Shown here piece after piece: positions 10,406-22,200 of a stretch of DNA of 64,000 nucleotides. Under the pieces are notes generated by a model that saw only the letters and a list, made by a program, of their open reading frames with translations, ran no database searches and was not told where the DNA came from. How positions within the stretch are numbered: position 1 is the first letter of the stretch; the number at the start of each line of letters is the position of its first letter. Source of the stretch: Chloroflexota bacterium (GTDB taxonomy: Bacteria; Chloroflexota; Anaerolineae; Aggregatilineales; Phototrophicaceae); the NCBI GenBank assembly GCA_020161935.1, contig JAIUNI010000004.1, positions 178,927 through 242,926 of the forward strand. Direction: 5' to 3'. A program made the translations under genes and the position numbers.

Positions 10406-11017
10406 GTGAAAAAGGTATGGATTGTACTTAGCCTTGTTGTGATGGCATTTTCAGCAATTGCTGCACCTGTGACGCTGGCAGATGCGCCGATAGAAGGCCG
10501 TGCTGGCCGTGCCGAAGCCCGTTTTCTTGAGGGCATGATTGACCATCACCAAATGGCACTGGATATGGCAAACGACTGTCTGATAAAGGCAACAACAGAA
10601 AGTGTCTCGACCACCTGTCAGAACATCATAGATGCTCAGACCGCCGAGATTACGCTGATGCAGGGCTGGCTACTAGAATGGTATAACGTTGATTATAGCC
10701 CCATGTCAATGATGGATATGAGCATGGGCGGCATGGAGCATAGTGGGATGGAAGGAATGCCTGCGACTGACCCGGCAATGATGATGGGTATGATGGCTGG
10801 ACTCAATCGCTTGGAAGGCGTGGAATATGAGATTGCATGGACAGAGTCCATGATCGACCACCATGATGATGCAATTCATATGTCTGAACGTCTGCTTGAG
10901 CGCATCCTTGAAGGCGAAGGCCACGCTGAACTGCGTGAGCTAGCTGCTCAGATTATCACGGATCAAAGCGCTGAAATCGAAATGATGGAACAACTAATCT
11001 TGGATCTTACAGCCTAG
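10406..11017 (+). CDS. Secreted DUF305 (CopM-like) copper-binding protein
   Basis: Signal peptide, two MIDHH motifs with Q..EI..M helices, Met-rich linker. Confidence 0.9.
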   Translation: MKKVWIVLSLVVMAFSAIAAPVTLADAPIEGRAGRAEARFLEGMIDHHQMALDMANDCLIKATTESVSTTCQNIIDAQTAEITLMQGWLLEWYNVDYSPMSMMDMSMGGMEHSGMEGMPATDPAMMMGMMAGLNRLEGVEYEIAWTESMIDHHDDAIHMSERLLERILEGEGHAELRELAAQIITDQSAEIEMMEQLILDLTA

Positions 11018-11061
11018 ATAAGCTGTATAGGCTGTAACAAGGAATTCGGTGAGCTAACATT

Positions 11062-11090
11062 GGGACGGGAAGCATTTCCGTCCCTATTTC
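11062..11090 (+). terminator. Terminator after DUF305 gene
   Basis: GGGACGGGA-AGCA-TTTCCGTCCC followed by TATTT. Confidence 0.65.
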
Positions 11091-11302
11091 AATTAGTTTC
11101 TGTAGATTAAAGCATGAGACATAAAATAAGTTGTGATAGGCGTAAAAACAACTAACAATCAATAGGCAAAAATTTGAGATTTTTTGTAAACCGAGCCAAA
11201 GGATGTCTTGATTGTCGCCCCTAAATATCATGTTCATAATAGTAGGTACTACGATTCTGGCGCGGTTGCTGCAGTCAAAATAACGATTAGGTTGAGGTAG
11301 TT

Positions 11303-11782
11303 ATGTCCACTGTCAAAAATATGCAAATAAGTGAAGTCACCCAAACTAGCAGCCGTGATTGGCTATATATAGTTTCGATTGTACTGGTCATATTTGGAAT
11401 TTTCTTCAGTGGTTACTTAAGTTACGTGAAGATAGCCAATGTGCAAACGGTATGCGTTCAGGGCAGCGCTTTTAACTGCGAGGTCGTTACCAACAGCATT
11501 TATTCGCGGCTGTTTAATATTCCAATTGCTTACTTAGGCTTGGCAACCAACTTGGTTATCCTGACACTGCTGCTCTTGCAAAAGCGGATTGGTATACTTC
11601 AGGAATACGGTGTACTGATCCAATTTGGCATCATCTTGTTCGCGTTTCTATTTTCGGTGTGGTTGGTTTATGTACAATTCTTCCGTCTGCAAGCGTTGTG
11701 CATCTGGTGTTTACTGCATGAACTGTACGTAACACTCCTCTTCATTACCTCTATTATTCGACTCAAGCGCAGCCTAAATTAG
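11303..11782 (+). CDS. Vitamin K epoxide reductase (VKOR) family protein
   Basis: TM helices, C-x7-C loop followed by V..S.YS, CIWC redox motif. Confidence 0.92.
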   Translation: MSTVKNMQISEVTQTSSRDWLYIVSIVLVIFGIFFSGYLSYVKIANVQTVCVQGSAFNCEVVTNSIYSRLFNIPIAYLGLATNLVILTLLLLQKRIGILQEYGVLIQFGIILFAFLFSVWLVYVQFFRLQALCIWCLLHELYVTLLFITSIIRLKRSLN

Positions 11783-12587
11783 GTTCTGCTAACATTTCTA
11801 AGATAGGCTCAAAACTAACTGACGGTCAATTGGCGGAAATTGGGATTTTTGAGAATCAAGCCAAAGGTATGTTGGACAAATAAGTCTGTCGCCTATATTG
11901 TTGAAACCGTGAAATGGATCGCTCACAGGCGGACACAATGGTGCTTGGAGTCTACTAAATATAAGAAATGAAATCGGGTTTACAAACGCCTTTGATGCTG
12001 GTGTGTACACATGTTGGTTGGCTGCCGATATAGATATAGATAATAGGATGAGAACCATCGTCCCTGCACGGCAGGCACAAAAATTAATCATCTTACTGAA
12101 GAAATCTGGGCTGTGGTGCATACAGATATAAAAACAAAATTCAGATTACTGTTGATGGGTTGGACAATCAACTTCGGTTGTGCCTTGCAGTGGGATAACG
12201 AAATGACAGAATCCAGTAATTGTTTTAATCGACGATTTTGCTTTCGAACAACTGATTGTGGATCGTGGATTGGCTGATTGAAATGCTATATTACATTCTT
12301 ATCCCCTAATTAGTGGTCTAAACCACAGTATGACCAAGATTACTGGTGGTATCCTAATCGACATTTGTTGGAAAATTTCATCAACAAAATCAAGCGGTTT
12401 AACGACATTTTTCTCGCTTTGATAAATTAGTTCAACGCTATTCTAGCTTCCTGCCTTTTAATTTGGTTTTGATTAAATGTCAACTTAATCTACTTAAGAG
12501 ATACATTATCAACTCAAAATTTCCCTTCCTTAACTTAATGGTTATACCAAAATCTTTGGCAAATAGCGGATATAGAAAGATAAGTCG

Positions 12588-13250
12588 ATGTTCACTATAC
12601 GAGTGGTCTTAGCAGACGATCATGCAGTTGTTCGAAAAGGTATTCACGATTTCCTTTTGGAAGATAAAAGCATAGAAGTTATTGCACAGGCGGGGGATGG
12701 GCTGAAGGTAAAAGAACTAATCCTCGAACTATTGCCAGACGTTGCCATATTGGATGTGCGAATGCCCCATGCGACTGGGATTGAAGTTACGCGCTGGATA
12801 CGAGAGCAAGCATTACCTGTGCATGTATTAATATTGACTGCGTATGATGATGACCCTTTTATCATGGCAGCCTTACAAGCAGGCGCAAATGGTTATGTCC
12901 TTAAAAACGCAGAGGCTGAAGAGATTACTGCTGCGGTACATGCAGTTTATCGCGGAGAACCTGCGCTCGCCCCTAATGTGGCACAAAAATTAATTGCACA
13001 TATGGCGGGAAGCACTCATGAAACAGTTCAAACGACAGAGCCTATCACAGATCGCGAACGTGAAGTTCTTCAACTTGTCGCATCGGGGTTGACGAATCGG
13101 GGCATCGGGCTGAAGCTCTCTATCAGTGATCGTACAGTACAAGGACATCTTGCCAGCATTTACGCTAAGCTGGAGGTGAATAGTCGAACTGAAGCGGTCA
13201 CTAAAGCCTTAAACATGGGGTTGATTCACCTGCCAGAGAAACAAGATTGA
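12588..13250 (+). CDS. NarL/LuxR-family response regulator
   Basis: DD...D receiver domain, C-terminal TDREREVL...SDRTVQGH GerE-type HTH. Confidence 0.95.
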   Translation: MFTIRVVLADDHAVVRKGIHDFLLEDKSIEVIAQAGDGLKVKELILELLPDVAILDVRMPHATGIEVTRWIREQALPVHVLILTAYDDDPFIMAALQAGANGYVLKNAEAEEITAAVHAVYRGEPALAPNVAQKLIAHMAGSTHETVQTTEPITDREREVLQLVASGLTNRGIGLKLSISDRTVQGHLASIYAKLEVNSRTEAVTKALNMGLIHLPEKQD

Positions 13251-14662
13251 AATTGCCGACATTTTCATTCAACTTACATGGTTTACGCGCTCAGGTGTTG
13301 CTGTGGACGATTTTGCCGCTCACGATACTCCTGATTATTTTTGCGTTTAGTGGAGTCAGCAGCCACCAGAATTCAATGCGTGAGCTGGCTGTAGAGGAGA
13401 ATTCGCGGCTAATTGGCGCACTTGCGCGACTGATTGCCTCGCAGAGAGAAAACTATGCTTGGCGGAATAATATTCCAGTTGAGCAAGTTCAGGCAAATGA
13501 CTTGGACTTGAATACTCTGTTGGCGGTTGAACATCCGCACGCGGTTGGAACTGTTGCGCTGCTTGATTATGATGGAAATATACTTTTCAGTCGGGGAAAT
13601 TTACCGCCTAATAACGCAATCATGGACTGGCTTGGCGTCGCCGAAGTATTGTCAGGGGAAAGTGACGTACTTTTTACTTCTGATACGATGCATGGTGATG
13701 TCATCGCTTATGCGCCTATACCAAACACACAATGGTCATTGATAATCCGTGAAGCTTGGCACTCTTTGACCGATCCACTCATTCGCATTGAACAGGTTAT
13801 GCCTTTTGTTTTATTTACCGCGACTGCGATTTCTTTGCTCACATTATTTTTTGGGCTTCGCTATGTTGTACAACCTTTACAAGAATTGGGATCCCGAGCA
13901 AATCTAATTGGACAGGGACAGTTTGATGTAGCTACAAAACCTGTTGGTGGTGTTCGGGAAATTGAGGATTTGCGCGTTACCTTACATAATATGGCAGGAC
14001 AGTTGCAAAGCTATCAAGCATCTCTGCATGATTATTTGAGGGCAATCACCCAGGCGCAAGAAGAAGAGCGGGCGCGGCTCGGACGTGAACTTCACGATGA
14101 GACCGTCCAGACGTTAATTGCATTGGGTCACAAAGCCCAGATGGTTCAACGCAATTTTGAACGTACTTCTCCTCAAACCGGCGAACACATCGGTGAATTA
14201 CGGCAAATGATTGCTCAATCTATTGAGGAAGTCCGGCGTTTCAGTCGAGCGCTTCACCCGCATTATCTGGAGGAGCTGGGTTTGGTAATCGCCCTCGAAA
14301 CACTGGCACGCGAAGTAGGTGCCCAGTTCTCAGTTTCGGGTTCACGTTGCACTGTTGATCCTGAAAAAGAATTAACGCTTTACCGCATCGGCCAAGAAGC
14401 CTTGAACAATGCGCATCGTCATGCACAAGCAGAAAACATCACCGTTGAACTTCAGTTTGATAAGAGGACAATTCGTTTACAGGTGTATGATAACGGGAAG
14501 GGATTTGAAGTTCCAGCTTATCTCACCGATTTAACTCGCACCGGACATTTTGGGTTAGTCGGGATGCGCGAACGATCTCAGCTTATAGGTGGAGAGTTAA
14601 AAATTGTCTCACTCAAGGGGAAAGGTACGACGATTACATTCTCGATTCCGAACATTCAGTAA
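13247..14662 (+). CDS. Sensor histidine kinase (2 TM, HAMP, HisKA_3, HATPase)
   Basis: EERARLGRELHDETVQ, QEALNNA, DNGKGF, GLVGMRER. Confidence 0.95.
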   Translation: MKLPTFSFNLHGLRAQVLLWTILPLTILLIIFAFSGVSSHQNSMRELAVEENSRLIGALARLIASQRENYAWRNNIPVEQVQANDLDLNTLLAVEHPHAVGTVALLDYDGNILFSRGNLPPNNAIMDWLGVAEVLSGESDVLFTSDTMHGDVIAYAPIPNTQWSLIIREAWHSLTDPLIRIEQVMPFVLFTATAISLLTLFFGLRYVVQPLQELGSRANLIGQGQFDVATKPVGGVREIEDLRVTLHNMAGQLQSYQASLHDYLRAITQAQEEERARLGRELHDETVQTLIALGHKAQMVQRNFERTSPQTGEHIGELRQMIAQSIEEVRRFSRALHPHYLEELGLVIALETLAREVGAQFSVSGSRCTVDPEKELTLYRIGQEALNNAHRHAQAENITVELQFDKRTIRLQVYDNGKGFEVPAYLTDLTRTGHFGLVGMRERSQLIGGELKIVSLKGKGTTITFSIPNIQ

Positions 14663-14997
14663 TTATTCTGGAGAGTTCTGAATAATGACTATCTGTTTTG
14701 CATTCAAGTAAATCTCGGCACCACTGTATTGATATAATGTAACACTCTTCACTGAGACCATAGTTATTATAGATGACATTTCGCTTTAGGTTTTGAAAAA
14801 TCCAAAAATTCCTCTTGCTCACCCATAACATCATCCTCGTCGAAAAATGTGAATTAATCGTTCTTCCGTTTGGAGTGATTTTCTGACTTAAATTGCTGGA
14901 ATATCAGTGTAAGCGTGAAAATCACTCCTATGAATAGACCGAGTAACATGATTAGTACCATTTCTGACATCATGAGTTGTCTACTTGCTTCTCAAGT

Positions 14998-15021
14998 AGG
15001 GAAGGGAAATTTCCCTTCCCT
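14998..15021. terminator. Hairpin downstream of the multicopper oxidase gene
   Basis: AGGGAAGGGAAA-TTTCCCTTCCCT perfect inverted repeat. Confidence 0.6.
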
Positions 15022-15042
15022 GCCATAGGCATCGAAAAAGCA

Positions 15043-17340
15043 CTACTCTATCACGTTGATAACTAGTGCCAGCCCTCCCGGTTCTACACCATCGTTCGTA
15101 ACATGGTGCAAAATGTGACAGTGGAACAACCAAGTTCCTGTTTCTGTCGCCACAAATTCGATGTCATAGCGTTCACCAGGAGCCATGCTGAGGGTATCGC
15201 GCGTCTGACGCGCCGTTTCGAGAACTGGATACCCGTCTATGGCGACCACATCAAATGGCATACCATGTAAGTGCATTGGATGAATGAACTGTCCGATTCC
15301 AATCAACCGAAGGCGAACAGTATGACCGCGCTGAACCGTAATTGTCTCCGTTGACGGAAAAGCATGTCCGTTAATTGTGAAGTAGTTTGGTTCAGCCCCG
15401 CTCATCGGCATGGCAGGATAAGTTTGCCCATTGGTCACACGCCACTCAGACAGCATCAGGGTCACATCGACATCTGGCGCGGGTTCGTTGCTCTGTACTG
15501 GATCAATGATAAAGGGCGCGTACAAACCAATCCCGACCTGAACATCACTATCGAAGTGGGAGTGGTACATAAATGTCCCTGTAGGACTTGCATTAAACTC
15601 GTAGATGTAGGTTTCACCGGGTTGGATCGCTTCTTGGGTTACACCCGGTACTCCATCCATTGCATTCGGGACAGTTATTCCGTGCCAGTGAATGGTGGTT
15701 GCCTCTGGCAGGTTATTGGTGAAGTTGATGCGAACACGATCTCCTTCGGTCACACGGATCATGGAACCCGGCACTGTACCGTTGTATGTCCACGCCGTCA
15801 CCGCTACATCATCTAAAATGTTCCAAATTACCGGCTCTGCGGTGAGATCGAAGACCTTTACGCCATCTTCCAACCGATATTCAAGGGGTTGTCCTCCGAC
15901 GCTCTCCGTCGCGGGTGGCACTCCCACACTGCTGATGGGTTCCATGGAATGACCGCCGCCCATGTTCATGCCCTCCATTGGGACAGGTGTCGCTGTGTCA
16001 TCCATCATGTCCATGCCCGGCATCATCTCGCCTGACATCATCATGTCCATCATGCCTTGCATTTGTTCCATCTGGGTACGCATCTCTTCGGACATTTCCA
16101 TGTCCATCATATCGCTCATCTGCTGCATCATCGACACCATATCCATGCCGCTCATTTGTCCCATATCCATCTCAGAATTGGCAGTGGTATTGGGCAGCGG
16201 AGTCGGTGTAGCTTCTGTCTCTGAATGGTGTGCTGTATGTTGGTCATCGTTGGCTTCGGAAGATTCGGTATGCGTTTCCAGCGCAATCCCAGTTGCTGGC
16301 GCAGGAGATGCTGGAAGCGGTGAGAAGCTAATCCCATTGGGACCTGAGCCGGTGGGAACATCAACAATAACTTGTTGGTTGACTAAATCGAGAACTGAGA
16401 CCGTATTTCCATAGAGATTGGTGATATAGGCATACTGCCCAGAGGGTTCGGTGACCACTCCGTGCGCGCCGTTACCCGTTTCAATGGTGTTGACCACCGC
16501 AAATGAGGTGATATCTATCACAGATACAGTTGTGCTAGGACTGTCTTCCGTTCCTTGATTGGCAACAAGCAACGTACTGTTATCCGGTGTCACAAACACC
16601 TGAATAGGTCCAACGCCCACCTCGATAGTATCCACCAACGTTCGTGTTGCGACATCAACCTTGGCGACGGCATTTTCAGCGTTCAGCGAGACATAGACTA
16701 CTGCACCATCGGGTGAAAATGCGACTTGTACCGGACGCTGCCCAACCTCAATATCGGCAACTGCGGTGTTAGTGGCGCTATCAATCACGCTCAGTGTGGT
16801 GCCATTGGTATTCGCTACGTAAATCCAGCGCCCGTCCGGGCTGGGACGCAAGCCGTGTGGATATTCTCCCACCGGTATCGTTGCCACAGTTGTTAGGGTA
16901 GCAGCATCTATTGCGGTAACGGTGTTGTCCTCGCTGTTCGTCACGTAGGCTGTACTGCCATCTGGAGTCAGGATGATATGGGCGGGATGTTCCCCTGTGG
17001 GAGATGTACCGATCAGTTCATAAGTCTGAGCATCGATCACCACAGCAGTAGAGTCGTGTCCACTGACTGCCCAAACGCTTGCACCGTCAGGAGAAACCTG
17101 AAGATTGTGCGGACCTTCAATACCGGTGAGGGTCGTAAGTACCTCGTTCGTGCTGGCATCAATGACAGTGATGCTGTTGCCGAATTCATCAGCAACCCAG
17201 ACTGTCCCTTGAATTGGATTATCTTGAGCTGAAATAGAGCGAACACCAATTAAGGGAGACCCTCTGGAAGAAAAGTTGAAGACGACACTTAAGAACATTA
17301 ATACATATACATGCCAACGGGGTCTTTGACTGTTAGTCAC
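15043..17340 (-). CDS. YVTN beta-propeller fused to a two-domain multicopper oxidase via a Met-rich linker
   Basis: Repeated G..PH....SPDG..YV.N units; HWHG, MYHSH, HPMHLHG and HCHILHH copper motifs. Confidence 0.92.
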   Translation of the reverse strand: MTNSQRPRWHVYVLMFLSVVFNFSSRGSPLIGVRSISAQDNPIQGTVWVADEFGNSITVIDASTNEVLTTLTGIEGPHNLQVSPDGASVWAVSGHDSTAVVIDAQTYELIGTSPTGEHPAHIILTPDGSTAYVTNSEDNTVTAIDAATLTTVATIPVGEYPHGLRPSPDGRWIYVANTNGTTLSVIDSATNTAVADIEVGQRPVQVAFSPDGAVVYVSLNAENAVAKVDVATRTLVDTIEVGVGPIQVFVTPDNSTLLVANQGTEDSPSTTVSVIDITSFAVVNTIETGNGAHGVVTEPSGQYAYITNLYGNTVSVLDLVNQQVIVDVPTGSGPNGISFSPLPASPAPATGIALETHTESSEANDDQHTAHHSETEATPTPLPNTTANSEMDMGQMSGMDMVSMMQQMSDMMDMEMSEEMRTQMEQMQGMMDMMMSGEMMPGMDMMDDTATPVPMEGMNMGGGHSMEPISSVGVPPATESVGGQPLEYRLEDGVKVFDLTAEPVIWNILDDVAVTAWTYNGTVPGSMIRVTEGDRVRINFTNNLPEATTIHWHGITVPNAMDGVPGVTQEAIQPGETYIYEFNASPTGTFMYHSHFDSDVQVGIGLYAPFIIDPVQSNEPAPDVDVTLMLSEWRVTNGQTYPAMPMSGAEPNYFTINGHAFPSTETITVQRGHTVRLRLIGIGQFIHPMHLHGMPFDVVAIDGYPVLETARQTRDTLSMAPGERYDIEFVATETGTWLFHCHILHHVTNDGVEPGGLALVINVIE

Positions 17341-17469
17341 GGTTTTTAGCTCCTTATAGGCGTTTCACGGACGTAAATAGCACTATGCCCGTGATAATCA
17401 TTAGTTTGGCTTACTTAAGGATAGGCTCGATTGATTGAGCTAAACATGCGCTCTTTGACGCCTGTGTAG

Positions 17470-17485
17470 TAGGCAATTTGGCGGG
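17470..17485. promoter_or_regulatory. Degenerate 7-2-7 operator upstream of the multicopper oxidase
   Basis: TAGGCAA-TT-TGGCGGG. Confidence 0.55.
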
Positions 17486-17535
17486 GTTTAAATTGGATCG
17501 ACAAAGGGAGGATACCCTCCCCAGTCTATCATGGA

Positions 17536-18822
17536 TTAGCGAACGGTTATGGTGACGAGTCCGGTATCACTTCCGCCTTTGCCATCACTCACGGTGTAGC
17601 TGAAGGTATCTGTCCCGACAAAGTTGGGATTTGGTGTATAGGTTCCACCCGATCCATCGGCAAGTGGAACCACATTACCCTGTTTCGGCAAAGTGCCGTT
17701 GGCGACACTCAACAGATCTCCATTAGGGTCACGATCATTCTGTAAAAGCTGCACAAAGGTAATCGTAATCGATGCCCCACGCTTTACACTAAAATCATCA
17801 TCAACTGCCACGGGTGGTTGGTTAATAGGCGTTGTTCCCAGCCCGGCATTGGTCAGAATTTCCGTGTCGCTAAGCGGTGAGAGTCTGACTGGCAGCACCC
17901 GATTGAATTCTTCAATGAAGTGATTGGCTATCAGAGCTTCTAAGATGGTACCGCCGTGAATGTGATCGCCCAATAAACCATTGTGCGGTTCATCTCCGCT
18001 GGAGAACATTTGGATCGCCACGCCGCCAACCACGAGCTGGCCGTTGACCAAACGTCTCGCCAATTGAGTATAAACCGCTTGAGCATCAATGACGCGGATT
18101 CCTCGCGCTTGTGCCATCGCCACAAGTTCAGCATTAGCCGTTGAGATTGCATTGGTTACTCGCTGACGTTTAGTCGGATCACTAAAACGAGAATCGTTGA
18201 GCACCAACGGCGTGTCATTCCAGTTGGGGATGGTCATCAGGAATATTGGAACACGCCGAGCGCGCTGTACAGTTTCAGCGGCGGTTGTTACATTTGCAAC
18301 CAATGTATTGATTTTCGCTGTCAGTGCCTTGCCGCTGATCGTTCCGTTATAGATAGGCTCGTAACCATCGGATCGATACGGTGCGAAATCATTGCTACCA
18401 ATAGAGATCATCACGACATCAATCTGTCCCGCTGCGACCTGTGCGGCCAATCCCGAATGCTGCCCTTGTGTAATGAGGCTTGCTGCCGTCGCGCCGCTGC
18501 GCGCCCAGTTATAAGCGAAGCCGGTGCGACGCGGTTCTGGATAATTTCCCCAGTTGCCGACATTTACATCTCGGTTTTTAACTAGTTGTTCGACCCAGTT
18601 AAATGTTACCGAATGATATGCGCCACCACGATTGTCAGTACCTTGATACTCATCATCTCGACTGTCGCCCATAATTCCTAGACGAAGAGGCATTTGCGCG
18701 AATGTTTGTAGGGACGGCAACCCTGTTTGCAGGATAAGCCAGGCCGCAAAAACTAACCACACAGCAGTTCGTAGCGAAACTTTAGCAGAAGTGTGTTGTG
18801 AAACAGTATTAACCCAATTCAA
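17536..18822 (-). CDS. Secreted SGNH/GDSL hydrolase with C-terminal Ig/cadherin-like domain
   Basis: GDS, IGSND, DHIH; NQPPVAVDD...NDRDPNGD...YTPN..F.GTDTFSYTVSDG. Confidence 0.85.
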   Translation of the reverse strand: MNWVNTVSQHTSAKVSLRTAVWLVFAAWLILQTGLPSLQTFAQMPLRLGIMGDSRDDEYQGTDNRGGAYHSVTFNWVEQLVKNRDVNVGNWGNYPEPRRTGFAYNWARSGATAASLITQGQHSGLAAQVAAGQIDVVMISIGSNDFAPYRSDGYEPIYNGTISGKALTAKINTLVANVTTAAETVQRARRVPIFLMTIPNWNDTPLVLNDSRFSDPTKRQRVTNAISTANAELVAMAQARGIRVIDAQAVYTQLARRLVNGQLVVGGVAIQMFSSGDEPHNGLLGDHIHGGTILEALIANHFIEEFNRVLPVRLSPLSDTEILTNAGLGTTPINQPPVAVDDDFSVKRGASITITFVQLLQNDRDPNGDLLSVANGTLPKQGNVVPLADGSGGTYTPNPNFVGTDTFSYTVSDGKGGSDTGLVTITVR

Positions 18823-19207
18823 ATGAATCTCTCCTCGTGTTGTTTATCTAAAAATGGTGAATACAGCCTAATGGGACTGATTTCAATCAGTTTCAGATTA
18901 GCAAAGAGGCGAAGAGTAGCCTGTGAAAAATTACCGTGTTGAATAAGGAATTTTGACAAGGAGCTGGTCAATATTAAGGACGAGTTGATTGCTATATGTG
19001 AGGCATCGTTCTGAACTGGTTATTAAGCCAACTGACATGTTGAAGGCCAAGACTTCAGTGTGGTGGAGAGCATTATTTCTTAGGGGAAACACTTTTCTAG
19101 ACCAACTGTATTGACGACATACAGATTAATCTGACGTAAGGTTCAATGAGCTTTCAAGCTGGGAAAAGCCCAAAGCGTAACACTCTTTAGTTTTTATGTT
19201 TTAACTT

Positions 19208-22200
19208 TCATAATCCTTTAAATGGCATACAGCGTTCCACAATCAAATTCGTCACTGTACCCTGTCGCTGTACTTGCCCCTCTGCTAGAAGCAGGGATGC
19301 GCTACGGATGATTCGTCGGAACTCAACATAAATTTTAGGCTTCACGATCAAGTTAATAAAACCATGCTCATCTTCCAATGTAATGAACCGATAACCTTTG
19401 GCAGTTGGTGGCGCTTGGTGAACCACAATCAATCCGGCTACGCAGACTTTGTTTCCAGTTGGATGCTGGTTGAACTGCAAGCTGCTCAGAATGCCGTGTT
19501 GATTTAGCTGAAGGCGATAAAAAACGATAGGGTGTGATCCAGTGGACAAGCCGGTTATGCCATATTCCATACTGGCTTTTTCGGCTTGAGACAACACTGG
19601 CAGGGCAATAGCTTCGGATGCTGAAATAAGATTGAGCATCTTGACATCATTCTGAAAGGTTGCTAGCTGCCAGATGAGGTTCCGGCGTGGCTGTTGCCAT
19701 ATATCCATAGCACCCGCAGCAATCAAGTTCTCCATCAAGTTTCGGGACAGCATCACCCGCTGCCGAAAGTCTTTGAGATGTTCAAATGGCGCACCTCCAC
19801 GCGCTTCAACAAGTTTTTTTCCGGTTTCTTCACCAAAGCCATTGATATAATTGAAGCCTAAACGAATGCCTTTATCCTCCAAAATGCAGCCGTATTGGCT
19901 GCGGTTGACATCGACCGGATAAATCGGAATAGAGTGGCGTTGAGCATCGTTGATCAAAATAGCAGGTGACCAAAAACCCATCGGCTGATTGTTGAGGAGT
20001 GCTGTGTAGAAAGCGGCTGGATGATAGCACTTGAGCCATGCTGAATGATAAACGAGTACCGCAAATGAAGCTGCATGAGATTTTGGGAAACTATAACCTC
20101 CAAACGCTCGCAATCGATTGAAAATAGTCTCTGCCACGTCAGTTTCAACACCTTTGGCGGCTGCACCTGCGATGAAGTCATTGTAAAACTTATCTATTGC
20201 GGCACCGGTATTCTTCGCTCCTAATGCCCGTCGCAGCAGTTCTCCCTGACCAGCAGTAAAGCCGGCAATAGACTGCGCGACTTTGAGACATTGTTCTTGA
20301 AACAAGATGACCCCAAGTGTTTCTTTGAGGGCATCTTCTAACAGTGGATGCAAGTAATTGATCGCTTCTTCGCCATCACGACGCCGCAGATAGGGGTGTA
20401 CCATATCTCCCTGTACCGGGCCGGGGCGGATGAGCGAGATACAGATAATTAAATCGGCGAAGCTGCGCGGATTCAGTCGTGGCAAAACCTGTGCTTGCGC
20501 CCTCGATTCTACCTGAAAGACCCCAACCGTATCAGCAGTACAAATCATATTGTAGACGGCTGGATCATCAAATGTTAACTGCGATAAGTCAGGAACTCGC
20601 TCGCTGTTTTCCGAAATAAGACTTACCGCTTCTGCTATCGCTGACAACATTCGCAGCCCCAGAATGTCGATCTTAACCATGCCGATGTCTTCCAACGCTT
20701 CTTTGTCCCACTGCGTCACGTGACGGTCGGTCATGGTCGCTGGCTCAGTGGGTACGCGATGTGCTAGTGGCATTTCCGTGATAACCATGCCTCCATTGTG
20801 GATACCAAGATGTCGTGGGAACCCATCCAACTGTTCGGCAAGCTGTACGATTTGCTGCCATGTTTGCATTTCAATCTGACCGCCTAGCGCATCCTTCAGG
20901 CTGGTTGAGTCATGTAAATTTCGAGACTGATGTACATCAAGCGAAGTAGTAACATGCTCCAGCACATCCAGCGGTAGACCCAATGACCTACCTACATCAC
21001 GGATAGCACTGCGAGCGCGAAAAGTCACGAAGGTGGAAGCCATCGCTGCATGTTCAAGTCCATAACGCTGATAAACATATTGAATAACTTCCTCGCGTCG
21101 AGCAGCGTCGAAATCAATATCAATGTCGGGTACAACTTGTCGCTCACTGGATAAAAACCGCTCAAATACCAGATCGTGCGACAGCGGGTTGATTGGCGAG
21201 ATATCGAGAAGATATGCCACCAATGAATTAGCAGCCGAACCTCGCCCCTGACACAAGATGCCTTGTTCACGGGCATAACGCACAATGTCCCATACGATCA
21301 GAAAGTAATTGGACAAGCCGCTGTTATGAATGACCCTCAGTTCATAGTCAATCTGCTCATACGTATGGATAGCGAACCCCAACTGCATTGCGCGTTTTAT
21401 GCACAACTGGTGCAGATAAGTATCAGCAGTTAGGCTACATGGTGTCGGGAAGCGAGGCAGTTCTTGCAGGCCATATTGCAGTTCAAATGTACATTGTTCC
21501 GCGATGCGGAGCGTATTGGTTACAGCTTGTGGATAGGCTGCAAATAGGGCTTCAATTTCGTTTCCTGATTTTAAGTAGTACTCGGAATTAGGACGGAGTT
21601 TGTTTGACTCATCTAATGTCGTGTTATCACGAATACACACCAACACATCTTGCAGCAGATGACCGTCTGGCGCAGCATAGTGAACGTTGTTCGTGGCAGC
21701 GACACCCATCCCGATGTGGGTAGCTAGTGCTGCTAAATGTGCTACCAGTCGATTATCATCCGGGAGACGGTGATGTTGAAGTTCAACCCAAAAATTAGTA
21801 GTACCAAACAAACGGAGTAAATCATTAGCTGCGGAGAGCGCAGCGGCCTTATCCCGCTTCAGCAGTGCGCGGGCGATACGCCCCTGTCGGCAGCCGGAGA
21901 GCGCAATTAAGCCCCCGGTATGTCCTTCCAAAGCGCCTACTGATAACACAGCTTCACCTTTGGGTGCATTGTGACGGGCAGCCGTAATCAATGCACACAG
22001 GTTTTGCCATCCCTGTTCATCCTTGACCAGCAGCGTCAAATGGCTGTAGTCGTCCAGAGTCAGTTCCGCTCCCAGAATGGGTCGGATACCGGCTTTATGT
22101 GCCGCCTGAACGAAACGGGGCGCACCGTAGACTGCATCATGATCGGTCAATGCTAACAAACTCATACCGAGTGTTTGGGCGCGATTGACCAGCTCATCCG

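Noticed and set aside
11798-12500. AT-rich gap with a 107-aa minus-strand ORF and broken plus-strand frames (e.g. ...GLNHSM)
   Set aside because: May be a decayed gene, but I cannot assign it without a translated search.
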